The notes under the pieces were generated by a model. The model did not search any database. It was given only the letters and a program-made list of their open reading frames with translations, and was not told the DNA's origin. This document shows, piece after piece, positions 10,493 through 19,775 of a stretch of DNA of 64,000 bases. Origin of the DNA: an uncultured delta proteobacterium (GTDB lineage: Bacteria; Desulfobacterota; Desulfuromonadia; Geobacterales; Pseudopelobacteraceae); contig CAVYYZ010000013.1 in NCBI GenBank assembly GCA_963772835.1, positions 1 to 64,000 of the forward strand. Reading direction: 5' to 3'. Both the position numbers and the translations under genes were made by a program. How positions within the stretch are numbered: the stretch's first letter is position 1; the number at the start of each line of letters is the position of its first letter.

Positions 10493-12947
10493 CTGTTCCC
10501 CGCAAGCGCGGGGATGAACCGGTACCGTAGCTGCCGACAATGGCACGGTAGCACTGTTCCCCGCAAGCGCGGGGATGAACCGCATCATCATCTGTCCGCC
10601 AGTGTATACAGAGGCTCTGTTCCCCGCAAGCGCGGGGATGAACCGCGTCTTAAGACGCTGTTATTGTGCGTTGAATGTCTGTTCCCCGCAAGCGCGGGGA
10701 TGAACCGGCGAAGTTGTTACCGACCTTCCGCAGATGAGACTGTTCCCCGCAAGCGCGGGGATGAACCGAGCTATAACAGAGCATTTGCGGGCAGTAGTGC
10801 AGCTGTTCCCCGCAAGCGCGGGGATGAACCGTGTCACGCGGAAAGCATCTGAAAATCACAGACCCTGTTCCCCGCAAGCGCGGGGATGAACCGACGCGTT
10901 GTCATTCGCATTATCGAACGTCGCTACTGTTCCCCGCAAGCGCGGGGATGAACCGCTAACACCCGGCATGATGCAGTAACCGATTACCTGTTCCCCGCAA
11001 GCGCGGGGATGAACCGGTACATGACATGTTCGTCCATGATTCACTGGTATCTGTTCCCCGCAAGCGCGGGGATGAACCGATATGTTCACACGTCACCGGA
11101 TACATTTCTAAGCTGTTCCCCGCAAGCGCGGGGATGAACCGCAACTAAATCAACTCGGAGGCAATATGCAATGCTGTTCCCCGCAAGCGCGGGGATGAAC
11201 CGTCGTCAAACATATAGCACCAGTCAGCGACTTTCTGTTCCCCGCAAGCGCGGGGATGAACCGTCAATCGTCGATTGATCTGTTCCGCTGTCGTTGGCTG
11301 TTCCCCGCAAGCGCGGGGATGAACCGTTTACGAGATAGTTGATCGAACCTGCCTTGATCTGTTCCCCGCAAGCGCGGGGATGAACCGCAAAACAAGCGCT
11401 AAGATTCCGGCACAGTGTATCTGTTCCCCGCAAGCGCGGGGATGAACCGTCGAACGGCAGAATAATATTTTGATCGATCAGTCTGTTCCCCGCAAGCGCG
11501 GGGATGAACCGGTGATTTATGGAACACGTGAGGCGAATCGGCAAACTGTTCCCCGCAAGCGCGGGGATGAACCGGCAATGCTCCAGATATGCGAAGTGTC
11601 CGTCCTACCTGTTCCCCGCAAGCGCGGGGATGAACCGACCTTCAGTCGTCTCTGAGCGGCCTTACATGCACTGTTCCCCGCAAGCGCGGGGATGAACCGT
11701 GTCGCATCGACATATGCCGACATTCGCAAGACTGTTCCCCGCAAGCGCGGGGATGAACCGGCTGTAGCTTCACTGTCTGCTTTAACGTGTCCAGCTGTTC
11801 CCCGCAAGCGCGGGGATGAACCGGCCATGATGCCCCCCTTAAATGTATCTGATAGCTGTTCCCCGCAAGCGCGGGGATGAACCGTAACCGGTACGCTGAA
11901 CATTTACCAAGAGATACCTGTTCCCCGCAAGCGCGGGGATGAACCGGACTGGAACAAGACAAACCTGCCCCGGCTGCGCTGTTCCCCGCAAGCGCGGGGA
12001 TGAACCGGCAAAAACCTTGTCTGAAACTATAGCATATATCTGTTCCCCGCAAGCGCGGGGATGAACCGGCATTCCGCTCCGTGCCAAAGGTATATCTCGG
12101 CTGTTCCCCGCAAGCGCGGGGATGAACCGGACGCCGAAAAAGACAACGCACTCATGGAAGACTGTTCCCCGCAAGCGCGGGGATGAACCGGCCCATTATA
12201 TAGTCCCTCGCTTTTTGAGATACTGTTCCCCGCAAGCGCGGGGATGAACCGGCATATTGATCCAGCTGCCAGGATCCTTTTTGCTGTTCCCCGCAAGCGC
12301 GGGGATGAACCGATTGAAAGTATAACCACTCAGGAGGCTGAGGCCTGTTCCCCGCAAGCGCGGGGATGAACCGGAAATGAAAATCGAATTTGCCGCCGTT
12401 GTGAGCTGTTCCCCGCAAGCGCGGGGATGAACCGGAATAAATCACGATTAAGGTTCGCCGTGATTGCTGTTCCCCGCAAGCGCGGGGATGAACCGGGCTT
12501 TTAGGAGGTCGGCGGATAGAGTAAATTCTGTTCCCCGCAAGCGCGGGGATGAACCGGCATATCCATTACATCCCCTGAGAAGGGTTGGCTGTTCCCCGCA
12601 AGCGCGGGGATGAACCGAACGGACAAATACTCATTTTGCAAGTGAATAAGTCTGTTCCCCGCAAGCGCGGGGATGAACCGTTGCTCAGGTCCGGAAAATT
12701 CTGGTTGATAACCTGTTCCCCGCAAGCGCGGGGATGAACCGGCCCATTATATAGTTCCTCGCTTTTTGAGATACTGTTCCCCGCAAGCGCGGGGATGAAC
12801 CGTCGGCGGCATTCCATCCGGCCGCGGCGATACCCTGTTCCCCGCAAGCGCGGGGATGAACCGCATTGAAATCCTGACGCTGACCGGATCACTTGTTTCC
12901 GTGTTGCGTTGGCACCGGCTGTTCCCCGCAAGCGCGGGGATGAACCG
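10493..12947 (+). CRISPR. Type I-E CRISPR array, 40 repeats of CTGTTCCCCGCAAGCGCGGGGATGAACCG (29 nt), 39 spacers
   Basis: Counted by hand; repeats invariant with CCCCGC/GCGGGG hairpin; spacers 32-34 nt plus one of 55 nt. Confidence 0.98.
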
Positions 12948-13041
12948 CCAACTCCTCTGGCAGATTGAAATGATTTGTCGTATTCTGTACGTAATTCACG
13001 AAAATCAAAAAAACATTGAAAAAATTGCAGCGGGAAAAAAC

Positions 13042-13728
13042 ATGAGATATGCAATCGGTGACATACATGGGGGAAGTTGTACGTTCAAGGCGTTACTTGA
13101 CAGGCTCAGCCTTCGTCACGGTGATGAATTGTTCCTGATGGGTGACTATGTCGACCGGGGACCTGACAGCCGGGGAGTTCTTGACATCATCCTCAATCTG
13201 ATGAAATGCGGATACTACTCTGTCCATCCGCTGCGCGGAAACCATGATGAGATGCTGCTGCGAACAATCCTCAACGACCATGACATGTTTTCGGCGATGT
13301 ATTTTGACGAATGGGGAAAGTATGCGCTGAAGAGTTTCGGGTTGAGCAATCCAGGTGATGTCCCGATGAAATACCGTACGCTGCTCGAATCCATGCCGTA
13401 CATCATTGTTGAAGCCGACTTCATCTTTGTCCATGCCGGCTTGAGTATGAACGTAGATGATCCTGTTCATGATTCGGATGTCATCGACATGCTCTGGAGT
13501 CGAAACAGTACGGTTGACATCCGGAAACTGGGAGGACGGCAGCTGGTCACCGGGCATTCTATCGAGACTCTGCAGGCCATCAGGGAGTCTCTCTGCACCG
13601 GACACATTTGCCTGGATAACGGCGCTTTTACCCGGAGACAGCCAGAAATGGGGAACCTTGTCGCCCTCAACCTCGATACAAAGGAACTGATTGTCCAGCC
13701 GTGGTGTGACGGCGCAGCGAATATGTGA
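13042..13728 (+). CDS. Metallophosphoesterase, PPP/PrpA-like Ser/Thr phosphatase family
   Basis: GDIHG, GDYVDRG, RGNHD, FVHAG, GHS, LDNGA motifs. Confidence 0.9.
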   Translation: MRYAIGDIHGGSCTFKALLDRLSLRHGDELFLMGDYVDRGPDSRGVLDIILNLMKCGYYSVHPLRGNHDEMLLRTILNDHDMFSAMYFDEWGKYALKSFGLSNPGDVPMKYRTLLESMPYIIVEADFIFVHAGLSMNVDDPVHDSDVIDMLWSRNSTVDIRKLGGRQLVTGHSIETLQAIRESLCTGHICLDNGAFTRRQPEMGNLVALNLDTKELIVQPWCDGAANM

Positions 13729-14322
13729 TCAGAAGAAAGACGCCATACGCACATACAGTCGCTCCGCAGCACGCAGCATCCAGAAGAACAGCTCGGCCAT
13801 CGGGCGGCTGCTGAAAGAAGCGAAAGGGTGACGGATGTAGCCGGGGCGGGCGCCGGCTACCAATGCTGCAAGACAGCCGGTAAGCAGACGGTCATCGATC
13901 ATCATTATTGAAGAGAGGGGGACACCGGCCAGTTCCCCTGTTTTTTTAAGGCCGTCCGGGTACGGTTTTTTCCGGACTCCTGAAATGAAACGCATGGCGG
14001 GAAAGTGTTCGGCGAACCAGCTCTTGCGCCCTTCGGTCGGCTTGTTGGAGAGGATGAAAACCTTGTCGCCGCCGAAGGCTGCTTCGCAGCGCTTCATCCA
14101 GGCAACCGCTTCGGGGAGCGGAACGGGGAAACCGTGTCCGGCCAGCACGCCGTCGAAATCCAGCGCCAGCGCCTGTACTCCCGAAGAACGGAGCGTTTCG
14201 GGATCAAGCGTCAGGATGAATGTTTCCGGGGGGGTGGTGTCAAGCAGGCGCCGCAGTGCGGTGCGGTGGCGAAAGCCGAGCGTAAATCCGTCCAGGATGC
14301 GGGTGAAGGTTCCCACCATCAA
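13729..14322 (-). CDS. HAD-superfamily (YqeG-like) phosphatase
   Basis: LDFDGVL, ILSN, KKPYP, IDDRLLT. Confidence 0.75.
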   Translation of the reverse strand: MMVGTFTRILDGFTLGFRHRTALRRLLDTTPPETFILTLDPETLRSSGVQALALDFDGVLAGHGFPVPLPEAVAWMKRCEAAFGGDKVFILSNKPTEGRKSWFAEHFPAMRFISGVRKKPYPDGLKKTGELAGVPLSSIMMIDDRLLTGCLAALVAGARPGYIRHPFASFSSRPMAELFFWMLRAAERLYVRMASFF

Positions 14323-15218
14323 ACCTTTGCGTTGTCTCTCTGGGCCAGCGAGACAAGGTAGTAGACAACCCCCAGGATCAGCAAAGTTCCGGCCAGAAAC
14401 GCCTGAGTGGTGAGGTCGTCCTTGCGCAGGGTCGAGATGAGGATCTCGCGGATCATGGCGACGATGATGACGCCGATGAACACCAGGATGTTGAATTTGC
14501 CCCCCTTGAGATTCTTGATCTCGTTATCCATCAGTTCAATCATCATCCAGAGGATCAGCAGCGAACCGAGCGCCGAGAGAATCCCCTTCTCCACATCCCC
14601 CCGGAAAATATGCAGGATATCCCAGCCAAAGAGGACGACGACGGAAATGGATACCCCGGCCAGCGCCAGCACCAGTGCCAGGTTAAGGCCGTAGGTGAAG
14701 CGCTCGGTGGCCTTGATCAGGGCCGACTCGACCTTGCGCGAGACAAAGACCTTTTTCATCTCTTCTTCACGGTACGAAGTGCTCATGACGTCGAGATTCA
14801 TGTCGAGCATCTTTTCCACCGCTTCACGCAGCATGCGCCGCTGCTCGCGGTCGGAATAGTTGACGTCGATCAGCCCCAGCAGAAAGTGGCGGATCTGGTT
14901 CATGGCGGCGTTGACGAAATGGACGCTGAGGCCGACCTTGACGTGGGCGTGGCCGATGCGGTTCAGGTGGTTCATGTAATGGTTGTCGTAAATGCCGGTA
15001 AAGAGCGACATGAACCAGTTGCTGTGCATCTCGCGCAGACGCTGACGATTGTTGCTGTTCAGGATCGCTGCAGTTTCCGGCAGGCTGTAGAGGTAGTCAT
15101 AGAACTCCAGCGAAAAGCGTTCCCGATTCTCTTCCGCCAGCGGCTGCAGCGACTGGAGCAGTTCGGCATCCTGATCGGTAAAGCGGTAATGGGCACGTAG
15201 CTCCTGCATGGTAATCAT
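14319..15218 (-). CDS. Globin-coupled sensor: protoglobin domain plus C-terminal membrane (PsiE-like) domain
   Basis: FYDYL...IGHAHVKVGL globin domain followed by four hydrophobic helices; resembles the Geobacter globin-coupled sensor. Confidence 0.85.
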   Translation of the reverse strand: MITMQELRAHYRFTDQDAELLQSLQPLAEENRERFSLEFYDYLYSLPETAAILNSNNRQRLREMHSNWFMSLFTGIYDNHYMNHLNRIGHAHVKVGLSVHFVNAAMNQIRHFLLGLIDVNYSDREQRRMLREAVEKMLDMNLDVMSTSYREEEMKKVFVSRKVESALIKATERFTYGLNLALVLALAGVSISVVVLFGWDILHIFRGDVEKGILSALGSLLILWMMIELMDNEIKNLKGGKFNILVFIGVIIVAMIREILISTLRKDDLTTQAFLAGTLLILGVVYYLVSLAQRDNAKV

Positions 15219-15222
15219 ACTG

Positions 15223-16326
15223 TTACCTCCCGTACTTGTAAGCCGCTGCGCACGTGCCTTCGCTGGAAACCATACAGGCGCCTACCGGAGACTCGGGCGT
15301 GCAGATCGTGGCAAAGAGCGGACAACCGTGCGGCGTCAGTTTTCCTTTCAATACTTCACCACAGAGACAGGCGGGGTTTTCAGCCGCTTCCGGAATATCC
15401 AGCGACAAAACCTTTTCGGCATCGAAGGCGGCGTATTCCTGCCTGATCGCCAAGCCGCTGCCGGGGAGTGTTCCCAGGCCGCGCCAGACCGCATCGCACG
15501 GTTCGAAAACCTGGTCAAGGATGGCCAGCGCCTTTTTGTTCCCTTCCCAGGTGACGGCGCGGCTGTACTGGATCTCGACCTTGCTTTCCTTGCGCAGGAG
15601 CTGGGCCAGCAGCATTTCGATCCCCTGCATGACGTCGGCCGGTTCGAAGCCGGTGACGACGCAGGGGATGTGGTATTTCTCAGCCAATGGCCGGTACGCC
15701 CCACCGCCGATAACGGTGCTGACGTGGGCCGGGCAGAGGTAACCCCTGAGGTTCAGGTCCGGGTCGCCGGTGAGGATATCCATCGGTACCGGCATGGTTT
15801 TGTGGGAGGCCAGCACGCTGTAGTTTTTGAGGCCGAGGCGGGCCGCTTCGAGGATGCTGACTGCGATGGTCGGCGCGGTGGTCTCGAAGCCGACTCCGAG
15901 GAAGACTACCCGGTGTTCTGGATTGTTTTTCGCCAGTGCCACCGCATCCAGCGGCGAATAGACGATGCGGATATCGGCGCCGCCGGCCCGCTGTTCCATC
16001 AGGGACGAGCGGCTTCCGGGCACGCGCAGCATGTCGCCGAAGGTGGCGACGATGGTGCCGGTATCTGCGGCGCAGGCCAGCGCCTTGTCCACGTAGCCGA
16101 TCGGGGTAACGCAGACCGGACAGCCGGGGCCGGACACCAGCCTTATCTTGTCCGGGAGCAGGGAGCGGATGCCGTACTGGTAGATCGACATGGTATGGGT
16201 GCCGCATACCTCCATGAAGTTGACCGGAGCTGTTAAATGTGCAGCCATGCGGCGGATATTGGCTGCCATGTTTTGCACCAGTTCCCGGTCCCTGAATTCA
16301 TCCTGGAAGTTCATTCCGCCTTTCAT
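15223..16326 (-). CDS. hypD: Hydrogenase maturation protein HypD
   Basis: MEVCGTHT, GPGCPVC, GFETT, GACMVSSEGTC. Confidence 0.97.
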   Translation of the reverse strand: MKGGMNFQDEFRDRELVQNMAANIRRMAAHLTAPVNFMEVCGTHTMSIYQYGIRSLLPDKIRLVSGPGCPVCVTPIGYVDKALACAADTGTIVATFGDMLRVPGSRSSLMEQRAGGADIRIVYSPLDAVALAKNNPEHRVVFLGVGFETTAPTIAVSILEAARLGLKNYSVLASHKTMPVPMDILTGDPDLNLRGYLCPAHVSTVIGGGAYRPLAEKYHIPCVVTGFEPADVMQGIEMLLAQLLRKESKVEIQYSRAVTWEGNKKALAILDQVFEPCDAVWRGLGTLPGSGLAIRQEYAAFDAEKVLSLDIPEAAENPACLCGEVLKGKLTPHGCPLFATICTPESPVGACMVSSEGTCAAAYKYGR

Positions 16327-16553
16327 GCCATATCCTCTTCGGAAAAAATTTCCCGCATCAGGCGCAGAGTTTCCTCGGCGTATTCCTCATCCAGTCGGGA
16401 GATGGCAAAGCCGGCATGGACGATAACGTAATCACCGACCGCCACCTCTTCACCCAGCAGGGTGATACTGGCCTCCTTCTGCACGCCGTCAACTTCGGCG
16501 ACGATGTTGTCACCTTCTTTACTCAATATCTTCATCGGAACGCCAAGACACAT
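16323..16553 (-). CDS. hypC: Hydrogenase maturation chaperone HypC
   Basis: MCLGVP, VGDYVIVHAGFAI. Confidence 0.95.
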   Translation of the reverse strand: MCLGVPMKILSKEGDNIVAEVDGVQKEASITLLGEEVAVGDYVIVHAGFAISRLDEEYAEETLRLMREIFSEEDMA

Positions 16554-16554
16554 A

Positions 16555-18906
16555 TCAGACCTTTCTCCTTCCTGCGATGGCCGCCTGTCCCAGGGCGATG
16601 CCGCCGTCATTCGGCGGCACCAGTCGATGGGTGAATACGGTGAGCCCCTTACGGGTGAGGGCAGTATATAGCATTTCACTTAAAAGGCGATTCTGAAAAA
16701 CGCCTCCTGAAAGAATAATCCGGTCAAGAGTGGTGGAAGCGGCAATGTCCAGGCAGACCTCTGTTGCGGCAGATGCCAGAGTCTGGTGGAACCGATGTGC
16801 GATATCGGGAGCCTGCATGCCGGCTGCGATATCGGCCAGTATTCCTGTAAACATCGGTGCAAAGTCCAGCTGGAGGGGGTGCCCTTCGCCGGATACGATG
16901 GAATAGTTATAACTGCCCGTCTCCTCACATCCAGCCATCTCCGCAATCGCTTCAAGTTCAATTGCACCCTGCCCATCATACGACACATTATGTCGTAAAT
17001 TAAGGAGTGCCGCCACGGCATCAAATAAGCGTCCGCAGCTGGAGGTCAGAGGGGAGTTGATTCCGCGTCGCAGCATCTGTGCAAAAAGCTCCCGCTCTCC
17101 CTCCGGGAGCTGCCGGGCAACCGGATGATCGGATGCAAAGGCGGCTTCTCCCTGTGTCTGATACAGGTAGGACATGGCCATGCGCCACGGTTCGCGTACT
17201 GCCGCATCACCGCCCGGCATCTGCACCGGCCGGAAGTGCCCCGCACGTCGGTAGCCGTCATACCCGCCCACCAGAAATTCTCCTCCCCAGACTGTTCCGT
17301 CGGGGCCATACCCGGTGCCGTCGAAAATGATACCGATCACTTCACCTTCAAGACCGTTTTCAGCCATGCAGGAGGCCAGATGGGCATGGTGGTGCTGTAC
17401 CCGAGTCAGCGGAATTCCCGAGTCCTCGGCAAACCGCGATGAGAGGTAATCCGGGTGCAGATCACAGGCGACCGCAGTCGGCTTGATTGTCAGTATAGTG
17501 GAGAGATGCGTGATGGTATGGTCGAACGAATCGAAGGTGGAACTGTTCTGGAGGTCGCCGATATGCTGACTGAGAACGGCACGGTCGCCATGGGCAAGAC
17601 AGATGGCACTCTTCAGCTCTGCTCCTGTTGCCAGCAGCGGCGGAACTGAAAACGGCAGTGATACCGCTCGCGGAGCATATCCACGGGCCCGGCGGTAAAA
17701 GAGAGGTTTCCCCTGAAAAACCCGCATCACAGAGTCATCGCTGCGGATATGAATCGGACGGTCATGGAGAAGAAAGTAATCGGCAATGCCGGCAAGCCGC
17801 TGCAGGGCCTCATTGTCTTCAAAGGCCACCGGTTCGTCGGAGACGTTGCCGCTGGTCATGACAAGGGCGGTGAAGGGGGGATCCTGCATGTTGGATTTTG
17901 AATTATGGATTGAATGGTGAATTGAAGAGTGAAATAACAGGTGGTGCAGCGGGGCATAGGGGAGCATCAGGCCGAGCCAGCCGTTGTCCGGGGCGATCAG
18001 CGGTGAAAGCGGCGTGCCCGGTTGTTTCCTGACTATGACAATCGGGGCTTCCGGAGAGATCAGCAGCCGCTCTTCCATGTCGTTTATCTGCGTCAGTTCG
18101 CGGGCTGTTTCAAGGCGTGCCGCCATGACGGCAAACGGTTTTTCATCCCGCTTCTTCCGCTCCCGCAACCGCCTCACCGCATCGTTATTGCAGGCATCTA
18201 CCGCCAGGTGATAGCCGCCGATCCCCTTGATGGCCAGTATCGCGCCGTTTTTCAGGAGATCGATACTCCGTGTGACCGCCTCATCGCGTGCTGCGATCGT
18301 CTCCCCCTGCGGCGATGCCAGGCTTACCTGGGGGCCGCAGTTGTGACAGGCGATCGGCTGGGCATGGAAGCGCCGATCAAAAGGGTTGCCGTATTCACGC
18401 CGGCAGTCAGGGCAGAGCGGAAAACCGGTCATGGTTGTTTTTGGACGGTCGTAGGGGGTGCCGGTGATGATACTGTAGCGGGGGCCACAGTTGGTGCACG
18501 TTATGAACGGATACCGGTAGCGCCGGTCGGCCGGGTCGAAGAGCTCGTGCAGGCAGTCGGAGCAGAGGGCGGAATCGGGTGCAATCTGGATGTCAGCCAT
18601 GCCGGTACCGCTCGGGAGGATAGCAAACGTATGTTCTTCGCCAGGTGCAATGTCGTCGGTGGCAATGGAGCTGATTACCGACAGAGGCGGCGCTTCGGAG
18701 GAAAGGGCATGTTCAAATGCGATCAACGCCTGTGTGATACCCTGGATCTCGATTTCGACGCCGGCCGGTGTGTTGCGTACCCAGCCGGAAAGGTCCAGTT
18801 CATGCGCGAGCCGGTACACGAACGGACGGAATCCGACCCCCTGGACGATTCCCTGAACCGTGTATCGGCGGCGGCGTATCAGTTGTGTGCACCGGCTGTC
18901 AGCCAT
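16555..18906 (-). CDS. hypF: Carbamoyltransferase HypF
   Basis: GIVQGVGFRP, CxxC zinc fingers, KGIGGYHL, QHHHAH, PPNDGGIALGQ. Confidence 0.97.
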   Translation of the reverse strand: MADSRCTQLIRRRRYTVQGIVQGVGFRPFVYRLAHELDLSGWVRNTPAGVEIEIQGITQALIAFEHALSSEAPPLSVISSIATDDIAPGEEHTFAILPSGTGMADIQIAPDSALCSDCLHELFDPADRRYRYPFITCTNCGPRYSIITGTPYDRPKTTMTGFPLCPDCRREYGNPFDRRFHAQPIACHNCGPQVSLASPQGETIAARDEAVTRSIDLLKNGAILAIKGIGGYHLAVDACNNDAVRRLRERKKRDEKPFAVMAARLETARELTQINDMEERLLISPEAPIVIVRKQPGTPLSPLIAPDNGWLGLMLPYAPLHHLLFHSSIHHSIHNSKSNMQDPPFTALVMTSGNVSDEPVAFEDNEALQRLAGIADYFLLHDRPIHIRSDDSVMRVFQGKPLFYRRARGYAPRAVSLPFSVPPLLATGAELKSAICLAHGDRAVLSQHIGDLQNSSTFDSFDHTITHLSTILTIKPTAVACDLHPDYLSSRFAEDSGIPLTRVQHHHAHLASCMAENGLEGEVIGIIFDGTGYGPDGTVWGGEFLVGGYDGYRRAGHFRPVQMPGGDAAVREPWRMAMSYLYQTQGEAAFASDHPVARQLPEGERELFAQMLRRGINSPLTSSCGRLFDAVAALLNLRHNVSYDGQGAIELEAIAEMAGCEETGSYNYSIVSGEGHPLQLDFAPMFTGILADIAAGMQAPDIAHRFHQTLASAATEVCLDIAASTTLDRIILSGGVFQNRLLSEMLYTALTRKGLTVFTHRLVPPNDGGIALGQAAIAGRRKV

Positions 18907-19700
18907 CGGTACCAGGCATCCATACCTTCACCGCTTCGGGCTGACAGTTCGAAGATGAGAATGCCGGGGTTTATGCGACGCGCATATTCCTTGCACTTTT
19001 CGACATCAAAATCGAGATGCGGCAACAGATCGGTCTTGTTAATCAGCATGACCGTAGAGTTATGGAACATCTGGGGGTATTTGAGCGGTTTGTCCTCTCC
19101 TTCGGTAACTGAAAGAACGGCGACCTTGTGATGTTCCCCCAGGTCGAAAGCGGCCGGGCAGACCAGATTGCCGACATTTTCAATCATCAGTACATCCAGG
19201 TTGTCGAGATCAAAGCCATCAGTGCCGTGCATTATCATATGAGCATCGAGATGGCATCCGGATCCGGTGTTGATCTGGCGTACCGGGACTCCGGTGGCGG
19301 CGATGCGCCGGGCATCGTTATCGGTCTGCTGGTCACCTTCAATGACGGCGAAGCGGAGTTTGCCCGACAGGTCCCGCAACGTCAGTTCAAGGATGGTTGT
19401 CTTGCCGGAACCGGGTGAACTGACCAGGTTCAGGACAAAAATCCCCTTTTCCTTGAACAGGGCACGGTTAAAAGAGGCCAGACGGTTGTTTTTGCCGAGG
19501 ATATCCTCTTCGATGGCGATCTTCGTCCGTTTCCCGGAGTCAGTGCCATGCGGGTGTACATGGTCGTGTGCATGGCCGTGTTCATGGGAATGGTTTTTGT
19601 GGCTGCCGTCGCTGTCTGTGTGATCATGGTCGCTGTCAGGTTTGTGATCGTGGTCGTGATCGTGATGACCGGTTGTGGGGCATCCGCAGGTTGTGCACAT
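18879..19700 (-). CDS. hypB: Hydrogenase nickel-insertion GTPase HypB
   Basis: MCTTCGC, His-rich linker, SSPGSGKT, ENVGNLVCP, NKTD. Confidence 0.97.
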   Translation of the reverse strand: MCTTCGCPTTGHHDHDHDHKPDSDHDHTDSDGSHKNHSHEHGHAHDHVHPHGTDSGKRTKIAIEEDILGKNNRLASFNRALFKEKGIFVLNLVSSPGSGKTTILELTLRDLSGKLRFAVIEGDQQTDNDARRIAATGVPVRQINTGSGCHLDAHMIMHGTDGFDLDNLDVLMIENVGNLVCPAAFDLGEHHKVAVLSVTEGEDKPLKYPQMFHNSTVMLINKTDLLPHLDFDVEKCKEYARRINPGILIFELSARSGEGMDAWYRWLTAGAHN

Positions 19701-19775
19701 AAGTGGCTCCTGAAACGTAATGTGATTGTAGCGTCGTACATGTATCGAGTTGCATGCACAGTTACATGTATTTGT

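Noticed and set aside
10493..12947. Self-targeting spacers within this window
   Set aside because: None noticed by eye; an exhaustive alignment was not possible, so no claim is made
12948..13010. Possible 40th spacer plus degenerate terminal repeat (gtattctgtacg...)
   Set aside because: Only a few bases resemble the repeat and the hairpin is absent
10514..13041. ORFs across the CRISPR array and the N-terminal extension of the phosphatase ORF from 12856
   Set aside because: Translations of repeats and spacers (VPRKRGDEP etc.), not proteins
15208..19131. Long + strand ORFs antisense to hypD and hypF (and similar ones opposite CASDH, ileS and the PPIase)
   Set aside because: Shadow ORFs of GC-rich genes with no recognisable motifs
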